A DNA stretch of 64,000 nucleotides from a virus (lineage: Duplodnaviria; Caudoviricetes): positions 33,677-97,676 of the IMG/VR virus record IMGVR_UViG_2513237266_000002. One strand, written 5' to 3'. Shown in pieces: positions 38,798 through 49,008 of the stretch (position 1 is its first letter; each line of letters begins with the position of its first letter). The position numbers were made by a program, and so were the translations under genes. A model generated the notes under the pieces. That model was not told the DNA's origin. It saw only the letters and a list, made by a program, of their open reading frames with translations, and did no database searches.

Positions 38798-39238
38798 ATG
38801 TCTACCTATTCTTTTATGGACGTCACGGCGTCACTCTCCGGCCCGACCGGCGAGATTGATCTGGGCTACGGTTCCGCCAGTTCAGAGGAGGGGATCACCG
38901 TTGCAATGGGTGGTCCTAAAAACACCATGACAATTGGTGCTGACGGCGAAGTGATGCATAGCCTGCACGCAGACAAAAGCGGCACGGTAACCGTCAACCT
39001 GTTGAAGACCTCGCCGACTAACAAAAAGCTGTCGCTGGCGTACAACGCGCAGAGTCAGTCTTCAGGCACCTGGGGGAACAACGTCATTGTGATCCGAAAC
39101 AAGGTGAGCGGAGACATCATCACGGCGCGCAGCGTGGCGTTCCAGAAACAGCCGGATAACGCCAACGCTAAAGCCGGTAATACGATGCCCTGGGTGTTTG
39201 ACTGCGGCAAAATCGACCAGGTTCTCGGGGAGTTTTAA
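38798..39238 (+). CDS. Tail tube protein (DUF3277)
   Basis: TYSFMDV, IGADG, LLKTSP; follows sheath. Confidence 0.85.
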   Translation: MSTYSFMDVTASLSGPTGEIDLGYGSASSEEGITVAMGGPKNTMTIGADGEVMHSLHADKSGTVTVNLLKTSPTNKKLSLAYNAQSQSSGTWGNNVIVIRNKVSGDIITARSVAFQKQPDNANAKAGNTMPWVFDCGKIDQVLGEF

Positions 39239-39241
39239 CAG

Positions 39242-39694
39242 ATGGAATGCACAATCAAAGACCATGATTACCGCGTGGCAAAACTCAGCGTGTTTGATCA
39301 GTTGAAAGTGACGCGCAAACTGCTGCCTGTGCTGGCGGGCATGATGTCAGATTTCGGGAGCATTCGCTCCCTTCTGCCTGCTGACGGTAAAATCGACAGC
39401 GCTAAGTTTGATGCGCTTAAGCCGGTGTTTGAAACCCTGCTACCGCGCATCGCTGATGTACTGTCTTCCCTGAGCGAAGAAGATACCAACGCGATTATTC
39501 ATCCGTGTCTGTCTGTGGTTTCACGTAAGCATATGGACGGATGGACGCCAGTATTTAACAGCGGGCAGTTGATGTTCGACGATATCGACCTGTTGACCAT
39601 GCTCCAGCTGGTGGCGCGGGTGGTCGCCGATTCGCTGGGAAATTTTTTGCCCGTGAGCCCTACCAGCGCGACGCCGGACCAGCCTCAGGGCTAA
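39242..39694 (+). CDS. Tail assembly chaperone (G-like)
   Basis: Between tube and tape measure; contains slippery site. Confidence 0.8.
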   Translation: MECTIKDHDYRVAKLSVFDQLKVTRKLLPVLAGMMSDFGSIRSLLPADGKIDSAKFDALKPVFETLLPRIADVLSSLSEEDTNAIIHPCLSVVSRKHMDGWTPVFNSGQLMFDDIDLLTMLQLVARVVADSLGNFLPVSPTSATPDQPQG

Positions 39695-39882
39695 CCCTCA
39701 ACAGCCTGCCTGACGGGCTGTCTTATCTCCTTGACCCGGTTGATGCCGGGTTAATCCCTTATTACGCGCTGAAGGATGGATCAGTCGATCTGTGCGATAT
39801 CGCGCTGATGAATGACCATCTGGCCGTTAAGGCTGACAACCAGCGCCGTATTGAGAAATGGAGAGAGGATAATGAACGCTGA
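39637..39882 (+). other. Programmed -1 frameshift site and GT-like extension
   Basis: G GGA AAT TTT TTG at 39637-39649; -1 frame open to TGA at 39882 (..LKDGSVDLCDIALMNDHL..). Confidence 0.8.
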
Positions 39883-41854
39883 GACTATTAAAGATTTCCT
39901 CGTCTCGCTCGGCTTCGATATCGACGAGGCAGGCGCGGCTAAATTTGATTCAGTCCTTGCTGGTACGACCGCAAACGCCATCAAAATGGGACTGGCCGTC
40001 GAGGGGGCCGCGCTTTCTGTGGTGGCCTACACGGCGAAAATTGCCTCCGGTCTGGATAACCTCTACTGGGCGTCACAACGTACTGGTGCGACCGTCCAGG
40101 GTATTCAGTCGATTGGTTACGCTGTTTCTCAGATGGGCGGCAGCGTGGACGCAGCACGCGGCTCACTGGAAAGCCTCTCCCGATTTGTACGTAACAATCC
40201 CGGTGCGGAAGGTTTTCTGAACCGTCTTGGCGTACAGACGAGAGATGCCAGCGGGAACATGCGCGATATGGCCGCCATTTTTACGGGTGTCGGCCAGAAG
40301 CTCAGCAGCATGCCGTATTACCGGGCTAACCAGTATGCGCAGATGCTGGGTATTGATGAAAATACTCTCATGGCGATGCGCCGTGGTGTGGGCGGTTTCT
40401 CCGGACAATACAGCGCGATGGCGAAGGCTATCGGTTTCAATGCTGATGAGGCGGCCAGAAGCTCCAACAAATTCATGACCTCCCTGCGCGAGTTCGGCGC
40501 GATGGCTGGCATGGCCCGCGACAAAATCGGCTCTAACCTTGCTGGTGGTCTGGCGGGTTCGCTGGATACCCTGCGCCGTCACATCCTGGATAACTTCCCG
40601 CGTATTGAGCAAACGCTGACGAAAGCCATAAAAGGCATTCTGGCGCTCGGGGATATTATCGGGCGGCTGTTCTTCCGGCTTATCGAAGGAACATCAGACC
40701 TTATCACCTGGTGGCAATCGCTGGACAAGCAGACGCGGGAGCTGATCTCGCTGTTCGGCGCACTGACGATAGCACTGCGCATTCTGAACAGTACGTTCTG
40801 GATGTCACCGATTGGCCTGATAACCGCGATGGCGGCGGGTATTGCTCTCCTGTGGGAGGATTACAAGACCTGGAAGGAAGGCGGCCAGAGCCTGATTGAC
40901 TGGGGGAAATGGAAACCGGAGGTCGACGCCGCGCTGAAGATGGTTCGTGACCTGAAAGCGACCGTTAACGACCTGGCGAAAGCACTGGCAAAGCTGCTCA
41001 ATATCGACCCGAAAGCATGGTCCCTGAAGTGGGATTTCAGCAACTTCATCGACCAGATGGGCGAGTTCAGCAAGATGTTGAACATGATCTCCGACCTGCT
41101 TAACGCCATCAAAGATGGTCGCTGGGCTGATGCCGCCAGTATCGGTAAACAGTTGCTTAATCAGGGAAGTTATAAGCCGTCAGCAATGCCAATGGTGACC
41201 GACAGCGCTAACGGTACCGCCGACTGGATTAAAGAGCACTGGGGGTTCGATCCTCGCAGCGTGGGACGAACGGTGCGCGGCTGGTTTGGAGATGATGAAC
41301 CAGAACAACATGCACAGGCCGTTAAACGTGGTGAACGGAATAATAATCCCGGAAATCTGAATTTTGCAGGTCAGGCGGGAGCTTCACTGGAAAGTCCTGG
41401 CGGACGGTTTGCCAGATTCGAAACCTCCTTTGACGGTTTACGGGCGCTTTCGCGTCAGTTGATGTTATATGCCGGACGAGGAATTAACAGTGTGGAGAAA
41501 ATTATCTCTACATGGGCTCCCGCATCAGATAACAACAATACCGCTGCTTATATTCAGGCTGTTTCTCAGCGGCTGGGGGTAGATCCTCGTGTTGCCCTGA
41601 ATATGAAAGATCCACAAACCATGTCTGCATTAATGAGCAGCATTATTCATCATGAGAACGGGAGAAATATCTATTCTCGTGAATTGATTGGAAAAGCTGC
41701 AGTAGCAGGTATTGGCGGTACTCAGGTTAGCCAGAAAAACACTTATCACATCTATGGTGGAGGTGATCCGCGTTCTGTCGGTACTGAGGTCGAGCGCCGG
41801 CAGCAGTCAGCGAATGCCCAAGTTATGCGCGGCAATCAAACGAAGGTGGGCTAA
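39872..41854 (+). CDS. Tape measure protein with C-terminal lysozyme-like domain
   Basis: Ala/Gly-rich helices, Trp periodicity, RNNNPGNL...HENG. Confidence 0.88.
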   Translation: MNAETIKDFLVSLGFDIDEAGAAKFDSVLAGTTANAIKMGLAVEGAALSVVAYTAKIASGLDNLYWASQRTGATVQGIQSIGYAVSQMGGSVDAARGSLESLSRFVRNNPGAEGFLNRLGVQTRDASGNMRDMAAIFTGVGQKLSSMPYYRANQYAQMLGIDENTLMAMRRGVGGFSGQYSAMAKAIGFNADEAARSSNKFMTSLREFGAMAGMARDKIGSNLAGGLAGSLDTLRRHILDNFPRIEQTLTKAIKGILALGDIIGRLFFRLIEGTSDLITWWQSLDKQTRELISLFGALTIALRILNSTFWMSPIGLITAMAAGIALLWEDYKTWKEGGQSLIDWGKWKPEVDAALKMVRDLKATVNDLAKALAKLLNIDPKAWSLKWDFSNFIDQMGEFSKMLNMISDLLNAIKDGRWADAASIGKQLLNQGSYKPSAMPMVTDSANGTADWIKEHWGFDPRSVGRTVRGWFGDDEPEQHAQAVKRGERNNNPGNLNFAGQAGASLESPGGRFARFETSFDGLRALSRQLMLYAGRGINSVEKIISTWAPASDNNNTAAYIQAVSQRLGVDPRVALNMKDPQTMSALMSSIIHHENGRNIYSRELIGKAAVAGIGGTQVSQKNTYHIYGGGDPRSVGTEVERRQQSANAQVMRGNQTKVG

Positions 41855-42429
41855 TGGATATTCTCTCTACGCTCTTTCAGCAGCAGAGCCGGAAAATAGG
41901 AGTGATTGTCCCCAGCGTGGTTGTTTCTGAGAAGCACAGCGACACGCTGGAGATAACAGAGCACCCGGTCGAGGTTGGGGCGGCCATCGCAGACCATGCC
42001 TATAAAAAGCCGTCTGAAGTGGTAATGGAGATCGGTTTCGCTGGTGGCGGTTCGTTGCTGGATTTTGCCAGTAACCTTACAGCAACCAGCTTACTCGGAC
42101 TCAGCCCGCAGCAAACGTATCAGGAGATACTCGACCTGCAGGCGAGCCGTATTCCTTTCGATGTGGTAACCGGAAAACGTCTGTACAGCAACATGCTGAT
42201 CCGCGCGCTGGAAGTGACAACCGACAAGACGACCGAAAATGTCCTGTCTGCCGTTCTCACTCTGAGGGAAGTCATTATCTCGCAGACTCAGCAAATCACC
42301 GTTGCGGATAAAACCAACATGAAAGACGGGGCCAGCACGTCGGCGGTGCTGAATACTGGCAACAAAACCACAAAGCCGCCAAATACCTCTTTATTGCAAA
42401 GTGGTGCGGCGTTACTGGGGCTTGGCTAA
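41854..42429 (+). CDS. Baseplate tube-initiator (Dit-like)
   Basis: ITEHPVE.G..IADH; YSNMLI. Confidence 0.75.
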   Translation: MDILSTLFQQQSRKIGVIVPSVVVSEKHSDTLEITEHPVEVGAAIADHAYKKPSEVVMEIGFAGGGSLLDFASNLTATSLLGLSPQQTYQEILDLQASRIPFDVVTGKRLYSNMLIRALEVTTDKTTENVLSAVLTLREVIISQTQQITVADKTNMKDGASTSAVLNTGNKTTKPPNTSLLQSGAALLGLG

Positions 42430-42731
42430 TGGCGATTCAGGAAATACCGCTGACAGCGGATAACCAGCAGTTCAGCATCGTCCTGGGCGGTACTACCTGG
42501 CGGATTAGCATTATATGGCGCGATCTGTACTGGATTATGGACCTAAAGAACGACAGAGGGGAGCCGGTAATCTCCGGTATTCCTCTCGTCACCGGCGCTG
42601 ACCTGCTGGCGCAGTACGCCTATATGGGGCTCGGCTTTAAGCTGGTGGTGGTCTGTGACGACAGTACACAGGATTATCCGACGAAAAACGACCTGGGCGG
42701 TCGCAGTCATTTACTGGTATCAACGGAGTAA
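42429..42731 (+). CDS. Small baseplate protein
   Basis: GIPLVTGADLLAQY; synteny. Confidence 0.7.
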   Translation: MAIQEIPLTADNQQFSIVLGGTTWRISIIWRDLYWIMDLKNDRGEPVISGIPLVTGADLLAQYAYMGLGFKLVVVCDDSTQDYPTKNDLGGRSHLLVSTE

Positions 42732-42733
42732 GT

Positions 42734-43801
42734 ATGTCACAGAACTGGATGAGACATTTCGAGCTGCAGCTCGTGGACGAGAACGGGCAGGGTATTGAGC
42801 TCAGCGATTTTAAAGTGACCTTTACGATCGACTGGTTCAACATCAGCAGCGCGTCACGCGTGGGAACGTTCAAAATCTATAATCTGTCAGCTGATACGGT
42901 GAACCGCATCACCGGGCAGGAGTTTTCGAAAGTGCGGCTGATTGCCGGTTACGACGGTATCGCGCCGGAGGTATCGGCCAGTGATGTCGGGACCGTGCGG
43001 GAAGTCGACGCGGCGGACGTGGGACAGAGTGATGGCCGTAACTATGGACTGATTTTCAGCGGTGAAATTCGCTACTCGGTCACCGGTAAAGACAGTCCTA
43101 TTGATTCCTACGTACTGATTCAGGCAGCTGATACGGATCTGGCTTTTGCCACCAGCATAACCTCGCAGACGCTGGCAGCCGGTTACACGGTCGCGGACGT
43201 GAACCGCGCTCTGATGAAAGACTTCGAGGCCAAAGGCGCGACCGAAGGACTGACGCCTGAAATGCCTGCTACCGTATTCCCCCGAGGCCGGGTGCTGTTC
43301 GGCATGACACGACATCTTATGGATAACGTGGCCGGACAATGTGGCGCAACATGGCAATTTGTGGACGGTCAGCGCCAGATGGTGGCGAATAACGAGTATG
43401 TTCACGACGCGATTGTGCTCAACAGCGCAACCGGGCTTATCGGCATGCCGCAGCAGACCATCGGCAACGGCGTAAACGTCCGCGCACTGATTAACCCGAA
43501 CATCCGGGTTAACGGGCTTATTCAACTGAATCAGGCTTCCGTGTACCGCACCGCGCTGTCGAACAACGATATCGCTATGGCTGGTGGGCAGATCACCGAC
43601 CAGAACACGGACGGAAATATCACGCTCAGCGGCACCACGGCGCAGCCTGCCAGCATTGCAACGGATGGCGTTTATATTGTGCGCGGGATTATGTACACTG
43701 GCGATACAAGGGGCCAGGCTTGGTACATGGATATGATGTGCGAAGCGCGTGGCGCGGCTGATCTCCGTTCGGCGTCGTCTTTACAGCGTGAGGTAGGATA
43801 G
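42734..43801 (+). CDS. Baseplate hub protein (helper copy)
   Basis: IYNLS, LIAGY, LIFSG, TGLIGMP, GDTRGQAWY; lies before spike. Confidence 0.8.
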   Translation: MSQNWMRHFELQLVDENGQGIELSDFKVTFTIDWFNISSASRVGTFKIYNLSADTVNRITGQEFSKVRLIAGYDGIAPEVSASDVGTVREVDAADVGQSDGRNYGLIFSGEIRYSVTGKDSPIDSYVLIQAADTDLAFATSITSQTLAAGYTVADVNRALMKDFEAKGATEGLTPEMPATVFPRGRVLFGMTRHLMDNVAGQCGATWQFVDGQRQMVANNEYVHDAIVLNSATGLIGMPQQTIGNGVNVRALINPNIRVNGLIQLNQASVYRTALSNNDIAMAGGQITDQNTDGNITLSGTTAQPASIATDGVYIVRGIMYTGDTRGQAWYMDMMCEARGAADLRSASSLQREVG

Positions 43802-44154
43802 TGAAAAAGTGGATTTTTATCGGACTCTGTTTCCTTCCGGGGTTAGCGTTTGCTGCGAATCCTGGCGGTATCACGCTACAGTGTGGTGGCTACAAATTAG
43901 AGTTGATTCCTGATTCACTGTTCAGGATTAATGGTGAGACAGTTACCTCCCAGAAAATTAAAACGCTCGGCAACGGAAATGGAATGAAGGCAGACATGGG
44001 CCTTATGCCAGCCAAAGACGGTAACAATTACGGTTTCGAGTTTATTCGCCGTCCGGGTACCGAAACACGTTTCCTGAACGTCCAACTGCTGCAGAACAGC
44101 ATGGACGCGCCAAAAGTTATCGGCTCTTTTCCGTGTAAGAAAGTGCCTGGATAA
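43801..44154 (+). CDS. Exported small protein with two Cys (helper copy)
   Basis: Sec signal MKKWIFIGLCFLPGLAFA; coupled to hub. Confidence 0.75.
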   Translation: MKKWIFIGLCFLPGLAFAANPGGITLQCGGYKLELIPDSLFRINGETVTSQKIKTLGNGNGMKADMGLMPAKDGNNYGFEFIRRPGTETRFLNVQLLQNSMDAPKVIGSFPCKKVPG

Positions 44155-44302
44155 ATACTAAAATTGTGCAGATACAAGCCAATCGCATAGCAGCTTGTTG
44201 CTATGCTAATGGGTGACCTCGATCTTCCGATGAGTCTTTTAAGGTTGACGAGATATCGTACAAAGCTCACAATCACAACCCCATCAGCAAGAGAAAGAAC
44301 AC

Positions 44303-45076
44303 ATGGCGGCAGGAATACCATTAGAAAAAGCGCAAGAGTATTTAGAGCAATTTAATGCGCTTCTATTGGAACAGGAAGTTTTGGATCCTTTCACTGAAAA
44401 GAGGGTTCGTGAGGAACTTTCGGCTTCACAAACGCCTGCTACTAACATCGCGCTGTCATATCTGGATGCCATAACAGGCAAGGTTGAAAGTGCGTTACGC
44501 TATCTCAGAGTTAGCCTTGAAGTAAACGATGTTAATCTGGCGATGCACTATCATCACATTCTTCTGAATACATTTAGCTATAATGAGCTAAGAGAAGCGT
44601 GTATTCCGCTGGCGAAGAAGTACCCCACAAAAATTTTTAGCCATAACGCATATAGTTGGGCGTATCGTTACGGTGAACGAGAGCAGCTAGAATTTTATAT
44701 GAAAGAGCACATAAAGCTTCTTTCTGAATCTGAAGGCAGGAGTAATGCTATGAAGCACAAAGAAGAACTCCTTGCAGAAATGGACAATTTCTATAGCACT
44801 ACACAGTGCTCAAAGGAACAGTTCCAGACTTTGGCCTCAATAATCTGGGCATTGTTGAGCGAGTATAAAGCCGCTACCGGTTTCATTCAGCTTAGTGGTA
44901 GTGGATGTTACATCGTTGATGTTAAGAATCTTGAACCTAAAGCTATTGCAAAAATGAACTTTGAACTTGCAGATAGAGTATGTGCTGAATCTAAGCTGGA
45001 TGACTGCTCACTATTAGCTAGATTTTCGTCTCCGCGCCTGTTGCATACGGGGGTAAGCTACCATGCCGGTAACTAG
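44303..45076 (+). CDS. Hypothetical helical protein (moron gene 1)
   Basis: 257 aa, AT-rich, overlaps HEPN gene. Confidence 0.75.
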   Translation: MAAGIPLEKAQEYLEQFNALLLEQEVLDPFTEKRVREELSASQTPATNIALSYLDAITGKVESALRYLRVSLEVNDVNLAMHYHHILLNTFSYNELREACIPLAKKYPTKIFSHNAYSWAYRYGEREQLEFYMKEHIKLLSESEGRSNAMKHKEELLAEMDNFYSTTQCSKEQFQTLASIIWALLSEYKAATGFIQLSGSGCYIVDVKNLEPKAIAKMNFELADRVCAESKLDDCSLLARFSSPRLLHTGVSYHAGN

Positions 45077-45458
45077 CAACCAGATTCTTGATACGGCTCG
45101 GTTATGTCTGTCTGAAAATATTGAAAGTGGATTTCGAAGCGCTATTTCAAGGGCATATTACAGCATGCTCCATGAGTCTATAGGCTCACTTACAGCTTTA
45201 CCGCATTTTACTCACGATCATCATAAAAACACTGTGGGTTATATGTGTTCGCCATCTGAGTGTAAAGCAGAGCCATATTCTCCCCAAACGTTAAAATCTT
45301 TAGGTTTTGTTCTTCGTCAATGGAGAGATGCCAGGAATGAAGCTGATTATGATCTCACCAACGTAACCGTTTCTAAAGAAATGGGGCAGGATGCGGTTGA
45401 GGCTGCTGAAATCTACTTTGAAAGATGGGACAAGCTTAAATCAGCGAAAGCCTCGTAG
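45063..45458 (+). CDS. HEPN-domain protein (moron gene 2)
   Basis: RSAISRAYYS and RNEADY motifs. Confidence 0.8.
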   Translation: MPVTSNQILDTARLCLSENIESGFRSAISRAYYSMLHESIGSLTALPHFTHDHHKNTVGYMCSPSECKAEPYSPQTLKSLGFVLRQWRDARNEADYDLTNVTVSKEMGQDAVEAAEIYFERWDKLKSAKAS

Positions 45459-45481
45459 CCTTTTACAACCATATACATCAG

Positions 45482-45505
45482 AACCCGCTATACGGCGGGT
45501 TTTTT
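45482..45505 (+). terminator. Terminator closing the HEPN moron
   Basis: AACCCGC-tatacg-GCGGGTT + T run. Confidence 0.75.
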
Positions 45506-45524
45506 GCTTTCTGGAGCCTATCAA

Positions 45525-46277
45525 ATGGCAGTATCTGACCAGACCCGCAGCGGCGACCTTGCCGAAACATTCAAATCTGAGCGGGAAACCACTAAAAACC
45601 AGATCCGTGTCGCTTTGCCTGGCATTATTCAGTCGTTCGACCCTGACGCGGTGACGGCGGTTGTGCAGCCTGCTATCCGTTACGTTGAAATTGATAACGA
45701 TGGTAACCGCATTACCAAAAATTACCCGCTGCTGGTGGATGTGCCGGTGGTATTTCCGCGCGGCGGGGGATGCACGCTAACGTTCCCGGTTAAATCCGGT
45801 GATGAATGCCTGGTGATTTTCGCCGATCGCTGCATCGATTTCTGGTGGCAGAACGGCGGGGTGCAGGAGCCTGTCGACGACCGGGTGCATGATTTATCGG
45901 ATGCGTTCTGTATCGTCGGTCCTCAGTCTCAGGCTCAGAAAATCAGCGGAATCAGCACGGGGGCCACACAACTGCGCAGCGACGACGGAAGCACGTTCTT
46001 TGAGCTCAACCCCACTACGCAGAAAATTAAAATTGTGGCGCCTGGCGGTCTGGAGGTGGTTACCCCGCTGGCTGACTTCTCGGAGAAAGTCACTATTCAC
46101 GGGCTCCTGTCATGGATGGGCGGCATGGTGGGCTCTGTTGTCTCAGGCGTCGCATCCAAAATTACTGGCGCGGTCGAGTTTATCGGTACCGTCAAAGCAA
46201 ACGGTAAATCTATCGACGATAAACACACTCACGGTGGTGTACAGCACGGCACCAGCAACACAGACGGGGTGAACTGA
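45525..46277 (+). CDS. Baseplate spike (gp138/gpV-like)
   Basis: PGII..D, VPVVFP, GDECL, HDLSD, terminal HTHGGV. Confidence 0.88.
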   Translation: MAVSDQTRSGDLAETFKSERETTKNQIRVALPGIIQSFDPDAVTAVVQPAIRYVEIDNDGNRITKNYPLLVDVPVVFPRGGGCTLTFPVKSGDECLVIFADRCIDFWWQNGGVQEPVDDRVHDLSDAFCIVGPQSQAQKISGISTGATQLRSDDGSTFFELNPTTQKIKIVAPGGLEVVTPLADFSEKVTIHGLLSWMGGMVGSVVSGVASKITGAVEFIGTVKANGKSIDDKHTHGGVQHGTSNTDGVN

Positions 46278-46630
46278 TGCGATACAGGCGTGAAGACGCC
46301 GACGGTGATTACACCTTTGGCAGCGGCGATGATACCTGGCTGATTAACTCTCCGGAGGCAGTGGCGCAGGCCGTGAAAACGCGATTCGAATTATGGTACG
46401 GACAATGGTTCCTCGACACCACAGAGGGAACACCGTGGATTCAGTCTGTGCTCGGTAAGCAGAAGCCGGAAACCTACAACCTGGCGATCCGTAAGCGCAT
46501 CCTCGAAACTCGGGGGGTTAAATCCATTCTCTCTTTCAATACAACAGTGAACACGACGACGCGCCGCGTCCAGTTCTTCGCTGAAATCGACACTCTCTAC
46601 GGAACAACGACAGTAACCAGCGAGGCATAA
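46277..46630 (+). CDS. Baseplate wedge (gp25/W-like)
   Basis: GDYTFG, GQWFLD..GTPW, DTLYG. Confidence 0.8.
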   Translation: MRYRREDADGDYTFGSGDDTWLINSPEAVAQAVKTRFELWYGQWFLDTTEGTPWIQSVLGKQKPETYNLAIRKRILETRGVKSILSFNTTVNTTTRRVQFFAEIDTLYGTTTVTSEA

Positions 46631-46701
46631 ATGGCCCTCAATTTGGACACACTCGGCTTATCGGCAACGGTAACCGCTGAGGGGATCAGTGCGCCTGATT
46701 A
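46631..46701 (+). pseudogene. Baseplate J-like gene, 5' fragment (interrupted by satellite)
   Basis: MALNLDTLGLSATVTAEGISAPDY continues in frame at 58577 after excision. Confidence 0.9.
46685..46701 (+). repeat. Satellite attL core
   Basis: ATCAGTGCGCCTGATTA, identical at 58560-58576; ATCA-N7-TGAT dyad. Confidence 0.95.
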
Positions 46702-46871
46702 TTTTAATATCTATGAATCAATACGTTAACGTTCAATAAAGCGCGGTGTGGCTGGGTTTAGTCCCTGCTTATGGTGTTTGAATCCATTCGATTACTTTCG
46801 TCTATCTGGGGTTCAATTCGCCATAAGTGGGACTACGAAAGAAACCACAGCGGAAGCAGTGATAGGAGCTG

Positions 46872-48104
46872 ATGATGCTTGTTAAACCACTCACCAATGC
46901 AGAAGTTAAGAACGCGAAGCCACAGCTTAAAGATTACAGTCTTCATGATGGGTTTGGACTTCTTCTGTACGTTACTAAGTCAGGCGGTAAATCGTGGCGA
47001 TTCCGCTATGCGCACCCCATAACCGGGAAAAGGCAGACATTCACTATTGGCCGATATCCAGAATTTAGTCTCGCAGAAGCGAGGGAGGCGAGAGAAGAAG
47101 CCAGAAGGAAAGTTGCCCGAGGGATAGATCCAAACGAGGTTAAAAAAGAAGAACTCAGCGACAGACGGAAAAAACATGCGCAGCAGTTTTCTGTTATCGC
47201 TGATAACTGGCTGAAAATAAAAATCACGGAGGGCATCCGCAGCAATACAATTCGAGGCTACGAGGGGGCTTTAAAAACGCTGAATAGTGTTCTTGGTGAC
47301 GAGCCGGTACATAAAATGAATGCCGCCTCAACAATTCAGGCAATGAGAGAGTTTGCCGATCGTCCCGCCTCTGTGGAAAAGATGATAGTTGTGCTCAATT
47401 CGGTAATGGATTATGCGGTAAACACCGGAGTCATTGACCATAATTGCCTGCTAAAAATCGGCAAGGCTTTCCCAGCCAAAAGAAGCGTACCAATGCCCGT
47501 GATGGATAAAGGCAGATTGCCTGTGTTCCTTTCTGAATGGCTGGGGCTGAGTATGTGGGAGCCGATAAGGCTGTGTGTCTACTTCCAGCTTTTAACGATG
47601 GTAAGGCCATCTGAGGCTCGCCTGGCTGTTTGGGACGAAATTGATTTAGACAGTGCTGTCTGGAAAATTCCGGCTGAAAGAATGAAAGGGAAAAGGCCAC
47701 ACGCTGTACCGCTGTCCGCGCAAGCAATAGCAGTTTTACGCAATGCTGAAAAATGGCGTCGCGGGGCGTTTATTTTTCCTTCCGGCAAAAAGGGAGATAA
47801 GCCGATTGGAAAATGTACCGGGCAGATCGCTATTCATAAAACATCGCTAAGCGGAGAGGTTGTTACTCACGGGCTTAGGTCGCTTGCATCAACTGTGCTG
47901 AATGAAGAAGGGTTTAACCCTGATGTTATTGAGGCGGCACTTGCTCACAGAAGCAGGAACGCAATCCGCAATATCTACAATCGTACTGATTACTTTGAAC
48001 AGCGGCGTATGCTCATGCAGTGGTGGGGGGATTATGTCGATAGCGCAGAGCGCGGAGAACTGCTTGAGACAAAGGGCGATAAAGGATTAAGGCTGATTGG
48101 TTAG
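46872..48104 (+). CDS. int: Satellite integrase (P4-type)
   Basis: DGFGLLL..GGKSW..IGRYP..SLAEAR arm domain; VRPSE, HGLR, LAH...Y. Confidence 0.95.
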   Translation: MMLVKPLTNAEVKNAKPQLKDYSLHDGFGLLLYVTKSGGKSWRFRYAHPITGKRQTFTIGRYPEFSLAEAREAREEARRKVARGIDPNEVKKEELSDRRKKHAQQFSVIADNWLKIKITEGIRSNTIRGYEGALKTLNSVLGDEPVHKMNAASTIQAMREFADRPASVEKMIVVLNSVMDYAVNTGVIDHNCLLKIGKAFPAKRSVPMPVMDKGRLPVFLSEWLGLSMWEPIRLCVYFQLLTMVRPSEARLAVWDEIDLDSAVWKIPAERMKGKRPHAVPLSAQAIAVLRNAEKWRRGAFIFPSGKKGDKPIGKCTGQIAIHKTSLSGEVVTHGLRSLASTVLNEEGFNPDVIEAALAHRSRNAIRNIYNRTDYFEQRRMLMQWWGDYVDSAERGELLETKGDKGLRLIG

Positions 48105-48225
48105 TCCTCAAAACTCGACGTTTATTGCTGGCTATATGCCAGATTTTTTATTCCATTCAAACGCCGAAATGTATCTTTTTTATTCATATTTGTTATAATT
48201 GATTCATATATATACGGAGGTTTTT

Positions 48226-48438
48226 ATGTCTGAATCGAATAGTGAAATACTACTTAAAGGCGAGGTTAAAGCGCGACTTCGCTACCGTTCTGATTCTGCG
48301 TTCTATGATTTCCTCAAAGATGAGGGAAACGGTTTTCCGATGCCTTTTAAAGTGGGAGGCCGTAACTGCTGGTATCGTGACGAGGTTGAAGCGTGGATCG
48401 GGAAACAAAGTGAAAAGCGCGGGATCTGTACCGCATGA
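48226..48438 (+). CDS. alpA: AlpA-family regulator/excisionase
   Basis: FPMPFKVGGRNCWYRDEVEAW; GGAGG RBS. Confidence 0.85.
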   Translation: MSESNSEILLKGEVKARLRYRSDSAFYDFLKDEGNGFPMPFKVGGRNCWYRDEVEAWIGKQSEKRGICTA

Positions 48439-48577
48439 AAGCGGAGCAAATAGACGGGGCTTGTTACCGAAAGGGGCAAGCCTTTTTTATTGTCTGTTGC
48501 CAGCAACGGTAACTTACACCAGCCAGAGAAAGGCATTTCATCGGGTAGCGGTGGAATGTTTGCAGAAAAATGCACAA

Positions 48578-48682
48578 AGGTATTCATAGTGTTCATGATT
48601 TGAATATAGGTATTAAAAATCAGATAGATAGGCTATGAACACCTTTATCTAAGGTATTCATAGGGTATTCATAGTGTTCATA
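48578..48682. repeat. Iteron cluster 1 (GTRTTCAT / ATGAAYAC)
   Basis: About 6 copies, e.g. GGTATTCATAGGGTATTCATAGTGTTCAT. Confidence 0.75.
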
Positions 48683-48876
48683 AAGCGTGGATCTTTCCCC
48701 GGAAAAATTCGCCGGATGTTATAAAGCGCTTGCGTCATCATGGCGGGCATGGTTATGATTATTTCGCACCTTATAAAACGGGTGCCGGGTTTGACAGCCT
48801 GAACGTTCAAGCGGGTAGCCGCTAATTTCCGTATAGCGGTATTTTTACGCCCGTATTTCACCTATACCCCGATTTA

Positions 48877-48952
48877 TGGCGGGGCGTGGTGGGGAGGCTT
48901 ACGCCTGCTGGTTTCTTGAACGCCAGTCTGTCAACCCTGCTACGTCTCGCCA
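48877..48952 (+). ncRNA. C4/CI-like antisense immunity RNA
   Basis: TGGCGGGGCGTGG...CTACGTCTCGCCA closing stem; internal CTTGAAC and CTGTCAA complementary to GTTCAAG/TTGACAG upstream (48791-48811) and downstream (48960-48997). Confidence 0.8.
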
Positions 48953-49008
48953 CCCATGTTTGACAGCATCTGGCGAGACTCCTGAAAAATGTTCAAGGAG
49001 CCGCTAAA

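Noticed and set aside
48578-48682. CRISPR-like array
   Set aside because: 8-9-bp iterons without unique spacers; no cas genes in the window
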